A DNA stretch of 49,158 bases, the filler included, from Streblomastix strix (lineage: Eukaryota): NCBI GenBank assembly GCA_008636045.1. It is 3 parts of 3 records of this genome, joined end to end, with 100 filler letters (N's around TTAATTAATTAA, not from the genome) between each part and the next. Parts side by side here need not be neighbours in the genome. Positions count along the whole stretch, not along the records: positions 1 to 16,322 come from SNRW01000835.1; 2 more parts are not named here. One strand, given 5' to 3'. Shown here one piece after another: positions 1 through 16,422 of the stretch. Each line of letters starts with the position of its first letter. Positions within the stretch are counted from its first letter, which is position 1. The position numbers and the translations under genes are program-made. The notes beneath the pieces are model-generated. The model had not been told where the DNA came from, did not search any database, and saw only the letters and a program-made list of their open reading frames with translations.

Positions 1-822
1 CCTCCTTCAGCAGAGGTCCGACTTCAGGCATTGGAAAGATAATATTGGCCCCATCCCAAGATATTTCCTCAAAAAGCTTCTGCCTCGCGACTGGTTCGAG
101 CGTGTAACTTAGCATGTCGATTTTTGAAGCTTGCTTCCTCAGCACACCTTCAAATGTAGTAACGAGATCCTAAGCAACCTTTTGATCTGCCAGATTGTTG
201 AATTTCGAGTACTGCTGCCTCTGCTGCTGGAACTAGGCTTACAATGAATTCGAATTGATATTTCCAACAGACTGACTTTCATCACGCTTGCGCTTGACCG
301 GTATCATCTTTGCAGGTACAAAAGCATCGCTGTTAGGTTGCTTGTTATCCCTGAAGGTAGCAAATTGTTACTGCGATTGAACTGCTTCGTTCAGGTGGGA
401 AGATTTAATTTATGCGACGTCAGCGAGTATACAAGCTGTTCAGATCTTCATGTCCTCCGGAGACTCGAATTCCCAAAAATTATAGTGTTGCTCTTCACCA
501 ATGTTTGGTTCAAAATGTCCGTTCTCTCTAACAATTGCTTTTGCTTGGCCCCGAAAGCGTACAGAAACTCCGCCGTCCCTTTCGTCGAAGTAAACCTTTC
601 ACCCTTTCAAATCCATGAACTCGTTCTCCAATTGCGTATAATTGAATGCATCATCTTCAATAATTTATTTCAGGTTCATTGTAAGGCTGGAAAATTGAGT
701 TTTCGACGCATTGAAATATCTCCTGAATGGGTTCGTGAGGTTCGGATATTTGTTTGGGAATGTCTATATGAAGTGGATCCTTTAAAGATTACACTTCGTT
801 TTATTTAACAAAGTCGCTCATA
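1..822 (-). pseudogene. Degenerate ORF of unknown function running off the window start (possibly transposon-derived)
   Basis: Relatively GC-rich. With TAR=Gln the minus frame is open from about 445 to 1 (...VAQIKSSHLNEAVQSQQQFATFRD...FEEISWDGANIIFPMPEVGP). Upstream there are in-frame TGAs and a frameshift. Confidence 0.3.
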
Positions 823-1139
823 CGTGAATATTTGCCTTATTTTCGGTTGACTGGACCCATTAACATAGGTTGCAGTCTCAGAAAAAAAGGTAGTCCAGAT
901 TAAGTGGATGCTAGATAATCTCGTAACGAAATGGAGAGGTTATTATTAATTCGCGATATGCGTCTTCTTTACCCTCATGATCCATCTATTCATTTCATTA
1001 TTTCTTTGTAATTGACTAATATGAATTGAAATATAATAATATTCGAAAGGAATAAGAATATTTTACATAAATTATTAAACGGTATAATAAACTATCAATT
1101 AAGTATAAAACTGATTTACACATTAAATAAACATATAAA

Positions 1140-1560
1140 AGTATACCAGGATTTCGCTCCAAATCTGAAATCACCTATTTTGAGTTTATGTTAATATTTT
1201 CATCTGCACAACCAAGTAAAGTTTTTAGATGTTATAATATCTCAGTTCTCATAGTTATAACTGAAATATCCCTTGCTTGATACATTCGACCAATGCAAAT
1301 AGCTGCCCAATCTCCTGTTTGCTGTTCAACATCTTTTCTTTTAAATAGAGTATCTATTTAACTTCATCACCGAATGGCACAGTCAATTGGAGGAAAAGAT
1401 CTATGTGTGATTCAGTGATTTGTGGGAATTTCCTCGATTCGAAAATAAGGAGAAGTGAATCAGCAACACCTGATTTGATTTTATCTTTGCGGAATTCGCC
1501 GTCTTTCCTGTTCTCAATGAGAGAGTAAAGAAGATTGCATTGCCCTTCTTATGCGAGTAT
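1140..1560 (-). pseudogene. Fragment of a lineage-expanded ARM-like helical protein family
   Basis: Minus strand reads ...TLFKRKDVEQQTGDWAAICIGRMYQARDISVITMRTEILQHLKTLL..., with the frame broken around it. Confidence 0.35.
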
Positions 1561-2423
1561 TAAATCATCATTTAGCTAATAAATTGTCAAAATGAGAGTG
1601 ATTTAAGTAAAACAATAAATAAATATTATTTTTTCTGCTTCTCAAACTCGGTTATAATGTTTATATCGTTACAATCAACACATAATACTCACTCTAACTG
1701 AGTTTTATTTGATAATAACATGATAAAAGAATAAAAGAGTAAACAACTATTAAGTAGAATGATATAATTAAAAAAAATAATAAACTTGTGGACATTAGTA
1801 AGTGAATTGATTCGAATAGATATGAATTGTTGGTATAAATAGCTAAATAATAAGAGAAGTTTTGAAAATAAAATTGTGAATGATAAATTGATTAAATTTG
1901 TTATTAAAAATATAAAAAAATAATAAAAATAGAATGAACATTAAATGAAATAGAGAATGAATAAAATAAATGTTAGTCAATGAACAAATTAAAATAGATT
2001 AAATGAGTCAAAACAATGAAAATGAATAAATATTTAAATAATTATTATTTTAAAATTGATATTCTAATATGTTTCTTAATCATTTTATTCATTATAGGCT
2101 CATTCATTTGTTAATTTTTTATTTTTCATAAATAATTTTATTATTCATTTTTATCCTAATATTCTAATCATATATCTTTTCTTTACATCAAATAGTCCAA
2201 GAGATAAGTTAAATTATTTCTTATCCTTTACGTTCTTAATTGTCAGCCTTATATGTTTTGACTGGACCTTGGGACATGGCCTGGATTGTTATTATATGTA
2301 AAAGAAAATGGAAAATGGAAAATTAATATAATAAATATATTCTAAAAAAAAATTCATAAAAAATTAAATTTTTTTATTAATTCAATTAGTATGCAATTAT
2401 TTTTTATCTATAAATATTCTATT

Positions 2424-4804
2424 TCAAATTATGCACACCACTACTTTGATATCTTTTGGGAGTTTTTTGATTCCAACTCCAACAAATTCACTCATATCTT
2501 TTCCGATGAAGAATTTGGCAATTCGCTCTTCGGTCTGTATGAGATAGTAAACATTATTGAATATTGATATGATAAATATAATATATTATATAGTATTATA
2601 TAATATTATATAATATTTCAATATTTATTTATAAATATATTTAAAATAAATAAATACCTCAAAGTCTAATTGAATATGTAGACGCGTCCATTTATCTAAG
2701 TCTTATACTTTAGTTTGTACATTTTGCATTGACGATTATTAAGATGATGATTATTACTGTGAAGTGGAAGATTATTATTATTATTCTGTTATTTTATCAG
2801 TATTATCTGATCTTTTCCATATTTGAGCGCCATTTAAATATAGAATTTATCTATTAAAATATAAATAATGAATATTATGGAAAAAGTATAACATAAGTTT
2901 GAAAATGTGATAAAAAGATAAAAAATTTTAATAATTTTATTTATATTAATAAATTATTATTATATTTATATATTGTTTTTATAATATTGTTTAATTATAT
3001 AAATTCATACTAAGGCAGAGTAAATACTACCCCTTTAAGATTGATCATCTCATTAAAGCTAATCATTTGTGGAATCTCTTCGTTTCCCCTCACAATTGCT
3101 ATGCCTATATTACAAATATAGGTCAAAATTATTAGTAAAATATAAAATAAATATAAAATTCAAATATTTTAATTCATTTATAAATAAATAAATATTATTT
3201 TATTATTAATAAAAATTAAATTAATAAAATATACCTCCATTTTTATATTTATCTAGTACAGCTGAGTATTTCGTTACTTATGGCTGAAATTCATATGGAA
3301 ATGTTTGTGTCGTTATGTTAGAAATTGAATTATTATCAACCAAAATTTGATTAGGTTATTCTTTTCTATTTTCAATTTATTTCTTTTTTTATATTTCTTT
3401 ATCAATTTCTAATTCTTATAACTTATCTTTTTTTCCTTTTTATAATAAAGTTTCTTATTTCATTTCTTTGCTTTATTTATCTTCAAACGATCCTTCTTTC
3501 CTTTCAACAACAATTTTCTGATTAATATTTTCATTTTTTCTTTTTATTTCTTCTTCTTTTTTGATTTCTTTTTCCTTCTGCTTCTCTTTTTATTTTTTCT
3601 TTTCTTTCGCCATTTCTTTTTCTTTTTCTTGTTTTCTCTGTTTTTCTTTATCATTGTCTTTCTCTTTTTTTTTTTAATTTTCTTTTTTATTTATTCTTGA
3701 ATAGATTATTTCATCTTCATCAGATTCAAATTTATCTTTCTTATTTAATTATTATTGTTAACTATTAGAAAATAATTTTAATTCTTTGATATAATTTTGT
3801 TGCTGTTGAGCTTCTTATTCAAGATTATCTACTTAATGTCTTCTAATTTCCAACAATTTTTCTGTTTCATTCACTCTTTAACTCATATTAATCAGCTTTT
3901 CACCAATTTCTTATTCATTATCTTTTTATTACCTAATTTCTTGCTTATTTTCATCCATATTGAGTTTTCCTTGTATTTATATCTATTATTATAATTAGAC
4001 TATTTATCTTTAATTTTTATTCTTTCTTTCTTTGTGTCTTTAATTTTCAATCTCAATTTATTCCTTTTATTAATTTTGACTATATTCAAAAGATTATTTA
4101 TATTAAGATATTAATTCAACTTTCTTTCTAAGTGCGACTTCATTATCTTCGTGTTCAATTTCAGCTTCACCAAAGATCATGAAGCTTCCTCCATATTCTC
4201 TCCCTTCTCGTTTAGCTTCACGTGCTCTATCAACAACAATGTGAAGCATTCCAAGAACTGCAAGAATAGAGACGCAGTACGTCTGTGTATATGTCAATAT
4301 ATAAATAAATAAAAAAATAAAGTTAATTAAGAAATATTCTTTCTAAATATATGCGTGCCTTAATTTCATCCATCTTAGCCGCTTCCAGAAGCTATAGCAT
4401 TAAATTCCCCAATTAGAGCTCTGATGCTAAGTGTTTAGCTAGCTCATGCCACTCATTCTTCACGGCTGCACAAATGAAATATAAAAAATAGAAATTAATT
4501 GTTTATAATCTTGCACAAAGTAAAAATCGCATACGATTTATAAGCAGACGCAAAATCCGTTTTAAAACATTCTTCTCGTTGACTTCAGTTGTAAAATTTC
4601 CTGAAATGATAATTTATATGCTCTTACGGAGTAAAACCTCATTATCGTTTGACGAAAATTCCTGCGAAGGGTAAAAAAATGCGAGGAAAAAAAATTATCT
4701 AATAGAAAGTAAACCGTTGTTAGCTCTTCTGAATCAATAGTTGGTTCATTTATAAGGTTTATATGGATGGTTGATGGTTCTTGTTCGCTGTTCGATGCCT
4801 TCAT
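2424..4804 (-). CDS. Multi-exon hypothetical protein with a K/E/Q-rich low-complexity middle
   Basis: ATG at 4804 (MKASNSEQEPS...). Several short AT-rich introns. Last exon ...ERIAKFFIGKDMSEFVGVGIKKLPKDIKVVVCII-TGA at 2424-2426. Exon phases not all resolved. Confidence 0.55.
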
Positions 4805-5763
4805 TTCAGAGAGAAAAATATAAATAATTAGAATCTATAATCAGATTTGCATACAATTAGTTATTATCTTAAGATGTGTAACGAATTTATTTATTAAAAT
4901 AGTGAAAATTCAAAAAGTAAAAAAAAAATGATTTAAATTTATAGATGTGATAAACAATTGCTTAAATTAAATAATAGTACGATTTTACTGGAACTATGTT
5001 TTGATATTTTTATTTTAATGATGCGTTTTGTTAACTTAGCAAGTTTACAAACATATTCAAATTAATATAATTAATTTATATATTATTGTTTGCATCAAGC
5101 AAAATTATTTTTTTTGTTTGTTATTTTTTCTGGTTCCACAAATTATATTTAATGTATTATATAATAAATAAATAAAAATATTTATATTTTAACTAAATAA
5201 TAACAAATATACACATTATTCAAGTTAAATATTACCATTATTAAGATTTTAATGATTTTATTCCTTTTTTTAAATTTTTTCAATTCTTTAAACATAAAAC
5301 AAAACACAATTTTTGCCTAATCATTTATATTTACTTACACACAAAACTCTAACTGACTCACCCAGCCAATCCCCTCTGGATTGATTTGGCATCCCCAATT
5401 TTTTTAGTTATAAATGACAAATCTATAAATTAAAGTGAATTTACTCAATTTTCTTTTGAATTTATCTATTAATTTGTTCGAATTCGAATATATTTTGATT
5501 ATTATATATATTATATATGTGCATTTTATTCATTGATACTAATTTTCTATTTTAATGGCTACATTTAATATTTTCTATAAATAATTTTATGAATTTTTAT
5601 CTTATACAGCACAAATCTACCTTACGTAGCATTTAATTTTCATGTTATTTAATTAATATCCTTAATACATTTAATTTTGTACAATTATTTATTATATTAA
5701 TATTCAAATTCTATTGAACCAATTCTTACTTTTTTTTCAAAACTCAATTTGCAAATACAGACA

Positions 5764-8369
5764 ATGGACTTTAATTTTGAATCCAAGTCACTTAAAAATA
5801 AAGCAGGCCTGTAAACTTCTGAGTAGACTGATTCTAATATTGGTTTATATTAATCAATAGGTATAAATAATAAAACTTAATAATCTTTATAACTTATCTA
5901 TTTTTTATTGTAGAAATTAAATTTATCTTACATTCTCTTTTATTTTAAATATTTGTTTCTTCAGTTAACATTCCAGTGCAACTTTATGTGAAAAATTTGA
6001 ATTATTATACAACATCTGGGAGTTTAAAATAGCATTTTGAAAAAGCGTGCCCGGTTCAATCTGTCAAAATTCCAGTTTCTTTTGGGAGAGGGCGTGGATA
6101 TGGGTTTGTAACTGTGAAAGATAAATAACATGCATAAAGGGCAGTAAATATGCTGAATGATTCCTTATTAGACGGCCGCATTATACACATTGAAATAGCA
6201 AAGAATCGGAGTATTGTCAAAGCATCAGAATGTATGCGAAATTAGTTATATTTTCTTATAATATATTTTTTTTCCCAATTATAGAAATTTATAAAAATGA
6301 TCTTATTGCAATGACGTAACAAAAAGAACAACCCCAGTTTTGAATTAAATAAAGAGATATTTTAAATACTGACTAATAATAGTTTGAATTGATGAAAAAT
6401 CAAAACCAAATTGAAGTAACTATGAATACGTTACCTCTACAATAGCATGAAAAACTTTCACATCAAACAAATCATCCAACAGATTAATTAATAAAATTAC
6501 GATTAAATACACCTTTTAAAACTTAAAACATTTCAAATACAAAAGATTAGAATCAATAACCTACATTTTCACTATAACGAAATGAATAAATTCAAAATCC
6601 TATAAATATATAAATTCATCAGTAATTTATAGTTTCTCTTGATGAATTAAAACAAAGAATTTCAAGTTCATCTTCAAGTATATAATTGAATAAAGATTAA
6701 ATTTAAGAAAATTAAATATTTATTTTAAATTTTATATATTTTATTTTAAATTTTTAAATTTTCTAATTAAATTTTATAAAATTTTTATTATTCAGGTATT
6801 AATTTAAATAATTAAAACAATAATGGAAAGATTTTAATTGAATAAATTCTCAAACCAGGATCGGTAAAAGAAAATGATTAGATTGAGTAGTTGAAAATAC
6901 TTCTATAGTCATATAAGACAGAAAATGATAATGATTTGTTGAAAACATTCAAGAATTAGGCATTTTAAGCTATAAAATTTAAATTAAATGATTGCACAAC
7001 TTAATTAGAAATCTTTCTTTTAGATATTTTATAATATATTGCAGAACGTGGATCTATGATGAAAGCCGTTGAAGAAAAATGCGATGATTACCCCAAAACA
7101 CCTTTATTCAACGAAATCAAAAGATCAGGCTTGATTAATAAAATTGAAGAATTATTGAGGAAAATAATCATAATTAAAGAAAATAACAGAGATATTTTAC
7201 CGCAATCTTCATTATTTTAACAGCTTATTTATATTTATATGTTGATAATGTATAAATAGAATATTTAGATTGATTTACTGACTTTGTGTTCAGACTCCTT
7301 AATTTATAATATTACAACTCTAATTGATAATATAAAGAAAAGTGAGAATAAAAATCAAAAGATAAATGATGATGAATGTAAAAAATATTAAGAAATCGAT
7401 AATTAAATTCATTAAACTGCGAAATTTATTAAAGCATTTTAAGGAATATAATAATATAATAATATTTATTATTTAGAAAATAGTTCCTCAAAACATATCA
7501 GATTTCTAATTCTTTTATTTCATATTAATTGCCCTACTACCATAAACTGCCTTCATAAAATTATTATTAAGCCATCAAATTAATTATTGTAATTATAATT
7601 CATTGTTAATAATTATTTTATTAGTTCTATTATAAGCAACGAAGATAAATAATATCTTATTAATGAACATAACATTTTCCTCCACATTTTCCCTGTAATA
7701 ATTAATTATTCATCTTTAATCAGAAATAAAAATTAACATAATAAATATAATTAACATTTAATCTTACTATAATCTAACTCCATATTGACTCAATACCTGT
7801 TTCTTCTAAATAAACTCATTTCATTTGATAGCGTTAATTGTGAACTTGTTGCATCTTCAGAAAATGTTATATCATCTTTAATCACTCTTAGTGAATGCAA
7901 TTCTTTCTTGAATCTCCATTAATAATATAAAACCATTTTCCCTAAAATAAATGAATATAGCACTCTCTGCCTCAATCAGATTTTTATGTAAGGGAATATT
8001 AATGCATTAACTTTACTCGTTGATTGCGGATATGCCAAGGTGTTAGCTCTAAAGTTTTCAATTGCTGGTGGTGCAAATATTAAAAGCGACTCTGAAATAT
8101 GGATTAATTTACACACCTTCAATTATTTCTTTTCATATCTTTTTCATGGGAGGTAATAAAACGGAGAAAACACTTTTTTTCCTCCTCAAACTCTATATGC
8201 TAAATAGTCATTGGAATAAATAGAAGATGAAGGATAAATAGAAGAGATAGAAGCTAACTTAACAAATAAAGGAAAAGATTAAAATAAATTAATTTAACGT
8301 ATTAAAGAAACAAAGCAGATTATTTTGAATTTCTTTTAGATAGATAAAACAAAACAAATTTGGTGCTGA
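5764..8369 (+). CDS. RRM-domain protein fused to a long lineage-specific helical region (multi-exon)
   Basis: Exon about 5965-6230 encodes RNP2 LYVKNL and RNP1 RGYGFVTV, followed by AVNMLNDSLLDGRIIHIEIAK. Long final exon ends at TGA 8367-8369. Confidence 0.7.
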
Positions 8370-9473
8370 CTTGAATGTTGGATAACTATTAATCTTGGTT
8401 GTTTCAATTTGTTAATAATATATAAAATAATAATAATATAAAACTGTTTGTTCATTTCATTTAAACATGTGAAAAAAATTTCTAGGGTAAAACAATATTG
8501 AAAAGAAAAAAAAACACTAAATTTAAATAAAATGTGATTATAATTTAATTAAATTAATATTAAAACTTATTAATTAACAATAATAATTAATTTTTCATTT
8601 ATTTTTTGATGATCTTCGATCTTTAACAACAAAGAAGCTAACTTCTGTCTCAATTCTCACTCTTTAAATGCTCTTTCTACCTCTTCCTTTAATTAATGAT
8701 ACATTATTTGGGAATTTTACGATTCCACTATTCAATATATCTCCAATATATTCCTTATTCAATATAATCCTGTAGGCATGTCAAAATTGACACGAAAATG
8801 TAGCTCTTGTCTGTCTCTAATGCTCTTTTTCAAAATTTTATGTCTAGTTCTATAATTTTTATATTTTATATATGTAGGCTATGCTATTATAAAATGAAGA
8901 TATTAAAGTTATAATTTATATGAATAATAAGATTTATTTGATATGCACATTCAATTGTGCAAATTACTATAAAAATACTATTAAATATAATAATTTAAAG
9001 GCACGCAAAGGACTTACCAAAGTTAAGAAAGAAGTAAGACTAATTTAATAAATAGAGAAAAGAAGTTTATATAAAAAAAATTATCATAGATAAATTAAAA
9101 ATAAAAATGGTGACAAAGAGTTAAGAACAATTAAAAGATTATTACATATTAACTGAGTTTTGAATTTAAAAATAAAGCATTAATGCAATAACAAGACAGA
9201 TAGAAAATATTATATTCAAATATTATAAATTTTATGACAAATTTTAAATAAATACATAAAATTTAATAACACTAAAATATCGTTTTATTTTAGCGTATAA
9301 TAAAAAAGACTTACAATAGTTTGTGTGAAAGCAAATAATTAGATATAAATCATTAAAAAAGAATAAACATGACAAGAGGTAAAATTAAAATCTACTATTC
9401 CATAAATAATTACCCAATTATCCATTTAAATAAAAAAATAAAAATAAAAAAATATATATATTATAAACTAAAT

Positions 9474-9678
9474 TCATTTAATAGTGTTATCATTATCTAG
9501 CAGATCAAAGCTACTCCCTTAATCTTCACATTCATTTAAACTATTATCGCTATCTTCAAATATTTACTAAAATTATAGTTTTGAATTAAATTTTTTCTTG
9601 TTCTTTGAGGGAAGTGAATCTGATTATGATTCAAGTTAATTATTCATATCAACATTGCAAGATTAATTAAATTCATTT

Positions 9679-9745
<67 letters not shown>

Positions 9746-10343
9746 ATTCTTTAGTTTTTTGTTCAAATTATTCAACAATCTAAGGTTTATATTATATTGC
9801 TTGAATTTTATATTTATTAATTTCGTCTGGTTAAAGCTGCGAAAAATTAATCCCATGAAATAATGAGCTCTATATTTCTTAACCTGGAAATATTAATGGA
9901 TTCTAATATTCTAAGGACGAATAAGGCTCACGATAGGTCGCAACTTTCTGATCTGGAAAAACCTTCACATCACCAAATGGCAACGGTAACACAGGAGATT
10001 TCTTATTTAATATGTTTGGAGCATTAATAAACTATTGTTGAATATTAATCATCTGCTATTATTATCTAGTTGGGTCGCCTTTATATTTAGAAAAATCGCT
10101 AGCTTTTTATGATGATTCATCTTATTTATGAAAGGGTAAAGGTGGATTATTTTAACTCTGTTTAATATCTCGTAAATTTTTACTATAAATTTCTTTCTAT
10201 TCGGTCTGCTTTTCTAGATATATAACACTCAAAACTCGCTCTGGAGAATCGTTTCCGCTTGCATCAATTGCATCCAATTTCATAATAAACGGTATCCCAC
10301 ATGCCAATGAAGAATTTTTCAAAGCTGCGTATTCGTCAGTCAT
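9474..10343 (-). CDS. Hypothetical protein (289 aa) with a poly-Asn tract
   Basis: Open frame with TAR=Gln from ATG 10343 (MTDEYAALKNSSLACGIPF...) to TGA 9474-9476; 870 nt. Confidence 0.6.
9681..9743. repeat. (ATT)n microsatellite encoding poly-Asn on the minus strand
   Basis: About 21 tandem ATT units. Confidence 0.9.
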
Positions 10344-10518
10344 TTATCGATCGCAAGATATTAACCTCCAAATGTTTTTTAATCAAATATTTTTTTGACA
10401 TTTCTCCTACAATTGGATATTTTTCTTCTTCCTCTTAAAGATTTTAATTAATACTAAATATATTTGTTTCACATTTCACTGATAAAACAATAAAAATGAT
10501 AGAAATAGATTCACAACT

Positions 10519-12558
10519 TCATGGATTCTTTTATCCTACTGTTGCATCCTCATAATTTGTATCACCCTCTTGTTCTTCGTCTCTTCTTGCACGTTTCCGT
10601 TAATTGAAATTCATTTCTGGTTTTACCTTATCAGAACTGTCTGCGTTTGCGCTTTTGACCCCAAAATTGAATTTAATCATCGCTTTGTTCTTCAAAAACT
10701 GTGGAACTATTGTCGGTATTATGAAACCGCCATATGAAGAATCTTCATCATCACTTTTATTCTTATTAACTTGTTCATTTCCTTCATTATTATTATCTTC
10801 AATTTAAAATGAATATTCATTATTTTCTACGTCTCTTTTTCTTTTAACTTTTCCTACAAATTCGTCAATTTCATTATTTTCTTATTCTTGTTCTTATTCA
10901 TCTTATTTTCCTTCTTTCTCCTCCAAATCAGTAAAATTGCTCATTTTCTGGACAATCTGCGCATCACTAAGCACAAGTCTTTACTGCTGCATTTTCTTCC
11001 TCTATTTCTTACTTAGTTTATTTTCTTATTAATTTTTATCATTCTATTAACTAACTGCTTTATTCTTCTAATTCAAACTATTCCCCTTTTAATTATTATT
11101 ATTATCATAGCTATTATTATTATTATTATTATTACTATTTCCTTTAGTTTCATTATTTTCAGTCTCTCTGATCAAATCACTGAAAGTTTTAATCCTTTGC
11201 TCTCTCTCGTCCCAAATAACTGCTTTTGTGTGAGTGGTTTCTCTTCCAAGCACCACTCGACCTTCGCTTTGGAGCTTAGAGCGGACTATTGGAATTGCAT
11301 TAGTACTGCTATTGTTATTAGTATCATTATTTGATTGATCAGTTGTTTGTTATGATGAAGATAATTATTACTACTGTTATGCTAAAAGTGCAGCGCGAAG
11401 TGAGGTTGGGTTTTGTAATGCTGCTTATTCATTATGTTTCCTCCATTCACTATTTTCTATGATTTAAATATCTTCATCTTATTAATCTTCTTCTTCTTCT
11501 TCTTCTTACTAATATTATTATTATTATAAATTATTTTCTTTATTTTTCAATAATTTCTCATTATTTTAATCTTTTTATTCCTTTTTCTCACTTTTAGCTT
11601 ATTTTGCCTTTTCTTTCTCTTTCTGCTTTCTTTTCCTGTTTCTTTTTGTTCTGGACGATTCCAAACTCTCTTGTTATTTTTCATCCTCAATTTTCTATTA
11701 TTTTTCTTTCTCTTCCAAAGTTATTTATAATTTAGTCAATCTTTCTATTTCAGAATCAACAATTCTGATCTGATTTTCAATTTTTTATTCTTCGTTCTCT
11801 TACAGGTGTATATTGACTTTGCCCATGAATGCATCAAGTGGGTCTATATCTTCATCATCTAATATTTAATCTTAATTTTACTAATCTTTTATCATTGAAA
11901 TTTTTTAATGTTTATTTTCTTCTTTGAATTAATCCAGTTTCAAACTTAGATTCTTTTTCTCTTCTTAGAAAATATCCAGTTAAACAGCAACTCCAGAAGC
12001 CTCTTCTGTAAAACTAATAGTTCTATTAGAATTTCCTGCTCGATTATAAAATTCATCTTCTTCATCACTTAATGCATCGTTATTATTTTCAACATCAAAT
12101 TCTTTCATGAAAAGAAGTTTCTTCTCTCGACCACTGATATTATTATTATCATCATCATCATCCTCCTACTCATCATATCTGTTTGACTGTTGATTATCGG
12201 ATTATTTGTTTTTATCTCCTTGTTGAAACATTTCTATTCCTTTTTAGAGTAAATCTGCATCTGAATTTGTAACTGATGTTTATTTCTTATTCTTTTGCTC
12301 TGGTTTGTCACTGAATGAACCATATTCATCCTCTTCTACAGATTTTTTGGTTCTTTGTTGATTCTTCTTACGTTGCATTTCAAGAGCTAGTAGTGAATCA
12401 GCTTCTTATGGGCTCATGCCACTTTAGACAATTAGTTATGCTCTTCGTTTTGCAAGTTGAGTCTCTTCCGTTTCTACAATCTTGGGTTTTGCGGGTGCTA
12501 TATTACCGCCTCTACCAAGAAGCTGAAGGACACGTGCTCTTTCATCAGGAGCGGTCAT
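10519..12558 (-). CDS. Coiled-coil acidic protein (679 aa) with kanadaptin/SLC4A1AP-like motifs
   Basis: Single 2040-nt open frame with TAR=Gln. Motifs SDEEDEFYNRAG and DEDIDPLDAFM resemble kanadaptin central motifs. No FHA domain seen. Confidence 0.5.
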
Positions 12559-13108
12559 AAGTGCTTAAAAAGAAAAAGTGGGGAAAAAAATTGTATAAAT
12601 AGAAATTTAGGTGAAAATATGGATAAAATTGATTAAAATAGTGTTTAAACTTTTATAATTTATTTAATTTATGTAATTATTGTAAAATAAAACAGAATTA
12701 ATCAATAAATAAAAGTATTTATCGATATTTATTTGGTTTTCTGTTAAAGAATTTTAAGTTATTTTCATTCAATTATTTGTAATAATTTATATTCAATCGA
12801 AAGCGAATTAGAAAGTAAATTACAATATAGAAGTGAATGATGGCAGTATAATTCAGGATAGCCTATAAAATTGTATTTTTTCAGTGTCAGTTTTCTCAGC
12901 CAATTAATAATTGAAAATAGATTAATTTCTAAATATAACATATTCAACTAATTTACAAATTGATATTATTCATTAAAATATAAATTACACTAGCAGTTAA
13001 TGAGAAACAGTGCATAAACATTATTTATTAAAACTATGATAAATTAAATGTTTATTTAAAATAATTTTACAGACGCTTAATTAATAAAAGTTAATAAATT
13101 CAAGATCG

Positions 13109-14748
<1,640 letters not shown>

Positions 14749-15208
14749 GTCTAAAATAAAATATATAAAAATTATTCAAAAAGTCAAATTAAATATCAGT
14801 CTCGTGAATATTAATAGATATATGCTTATTTTAAATTTGGAAATTAAATGTGCATTTTCAAACATTAAGGATTTAAAATGGTATTTAAAAATAATGAAAA
14901 TTAAGAATAAATTAAAAATATAATTATAAAAAATGTTAGTTAAATAAAACTATGTTCAAGTTAAGGTAAAAAACACATTTTTTATCTATTATTAAAATTG
15001 AACTATGCTTGATTGTCATTGCAAATAAAAATTGCATAATCAAATTTTTTATTTGATTCAATCTATCTGAAAATGAAGAGCTTTTTTTATTAGCATTGAA
15101 ATCATTCTAATAATCAATTCTGTTTTTCGATCAATTAATAAAAAATTAAATTGTATTGAACAAATAATATGATTTATATATATATTAAAGTTTTTATAGA
15201 TACATTTT

Positions 15209-16321
15209 TCATTTCTTGAATAACCTACTGTTTGGAAAAGCTTCCCTTGCTTAGTGCCTTGCAGTCTTAAATGGAATACTCCATTCTTCACCCAGATCCA
15301 GGTGTCGTGAGCAATTCAAAATATTTTCTACAATAATTTGTGCACGATCGCAGTTTGCACCTCCACAATCTTATTATTATTCATTATCGTCATATTAATA
15401 ACCTTGGATTCGGGGATTTTGAGTATTGGTAAGTAATCTGGATGGAGTTGAATAACGCTTGACAATCTCAAACAAAATAGGAACAATAGGAGAATATTTT
15501 GCAGTAATCTTTTACTTAGCTTCAAGTGGCAATCTTTTAGCGATTGAATACATACATTCGCTTATCATTTCAATGGTTTCCTCTACACGCTCCTTCACGG
15601 CAAGTTGTGGGCAAGTAGCAAGAAGTATCATGTAAGAGCCATTCAACTCGCATTTCCATTTATTTTCCTCTTGTGTGGGGGCTTCTTCATCATTTTTCCT
15701 TATTGTTGATGTTAATTTATATCTATCTGCACTTTATTATTGTAATCCTTGCTGCAATGCATTTGGAGTAAGAGGAACAGGTGCATTCAAAGATGGAGTA
15801 AGTTGAGGATTGCTTCTTGGTTAAGGTTAAGCATTCTTTTATTGTGTCTGTGTTAAATCAAATTTACTCTATTATTGTTATTATGCAAGCAAGCTCTTAT
15901 CTTATTATGCATCTTTAATGGATATTGACGATTTGGGGGATTCAGGAATTTGACTTTAGACTCTTCTAATAAGACGTTAAGAACGTTAATTTTTATGCAT
16001 AAGTGTCATTTATTCATAAAATTTATCTTTCTTATTCAGTTATCCTTCCCAATAAGATTCATCCACCATTCCATAACGACGCATCACTAAAGCTAAAATT
16101 GCAATCTTTTTAAAACGCTGAAGTGGCGGAATCGAATTCAAAGCACTTCCATTAAATAAAGCATTTGCTTTGTAAAGATCTTTAATGGTAGGACCTCTCT
16201 ATATCGGTCTGAATAAATCATATTAATATCCACGTTCAGAAGTTGGAGAGACCAGATCATCATCTTATTATCCACCTATTCCAAATGAAGTTCCTCTTTT
16301 ACCCATCGAAGATAGTTTATG
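15209..16321 (-). CDS. 3' part of a hypothetical host protein, truncated by the gap
   Basis: Open minus frame with TAR=Gln (...PPLQRFKKIAILALVMRRYGMVDESYWEG...LFKK-TGA at 15209-15211). Confidence 0.55.
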
Positions 16322-16322
16322 A

Positions 16323-16422
16323 NNNNNNNNNNNNNNNNNNNNNNNNNNNNNNNNNNNNNNNNNNNNTTAATTAATTAANNNNNNNNNNNNNNNNNNNNNN
16401 NNNNNNNNNNNNNNNNNNNNNN
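16323..16422. other. Artificial contig linker (N44-TTAATTAATTAA-N44)
   Basis: Ns flank a six-frame-stop 12-mer. An identical linker lies at 32742-32841. Confidence 0.95.

Noticed and set aside
9644..9856. Poly-Ile 'membrane protein' ORF
   Set aside because: Wrong frame of the (AAT)n poly-Asn tract in the 9474-10343 gene.
16323..16422. Palindromic TTAATTAATTAA inside N runs (also 32742-32841) as a biological site or element terminus
   Set aside because: Identical fixed-length six-frame-stop linker, so an assembly concatenation artefact. Adjacency of the host genes, copy A and copy B, and hence an A-B tandem array, cannot be assumed.
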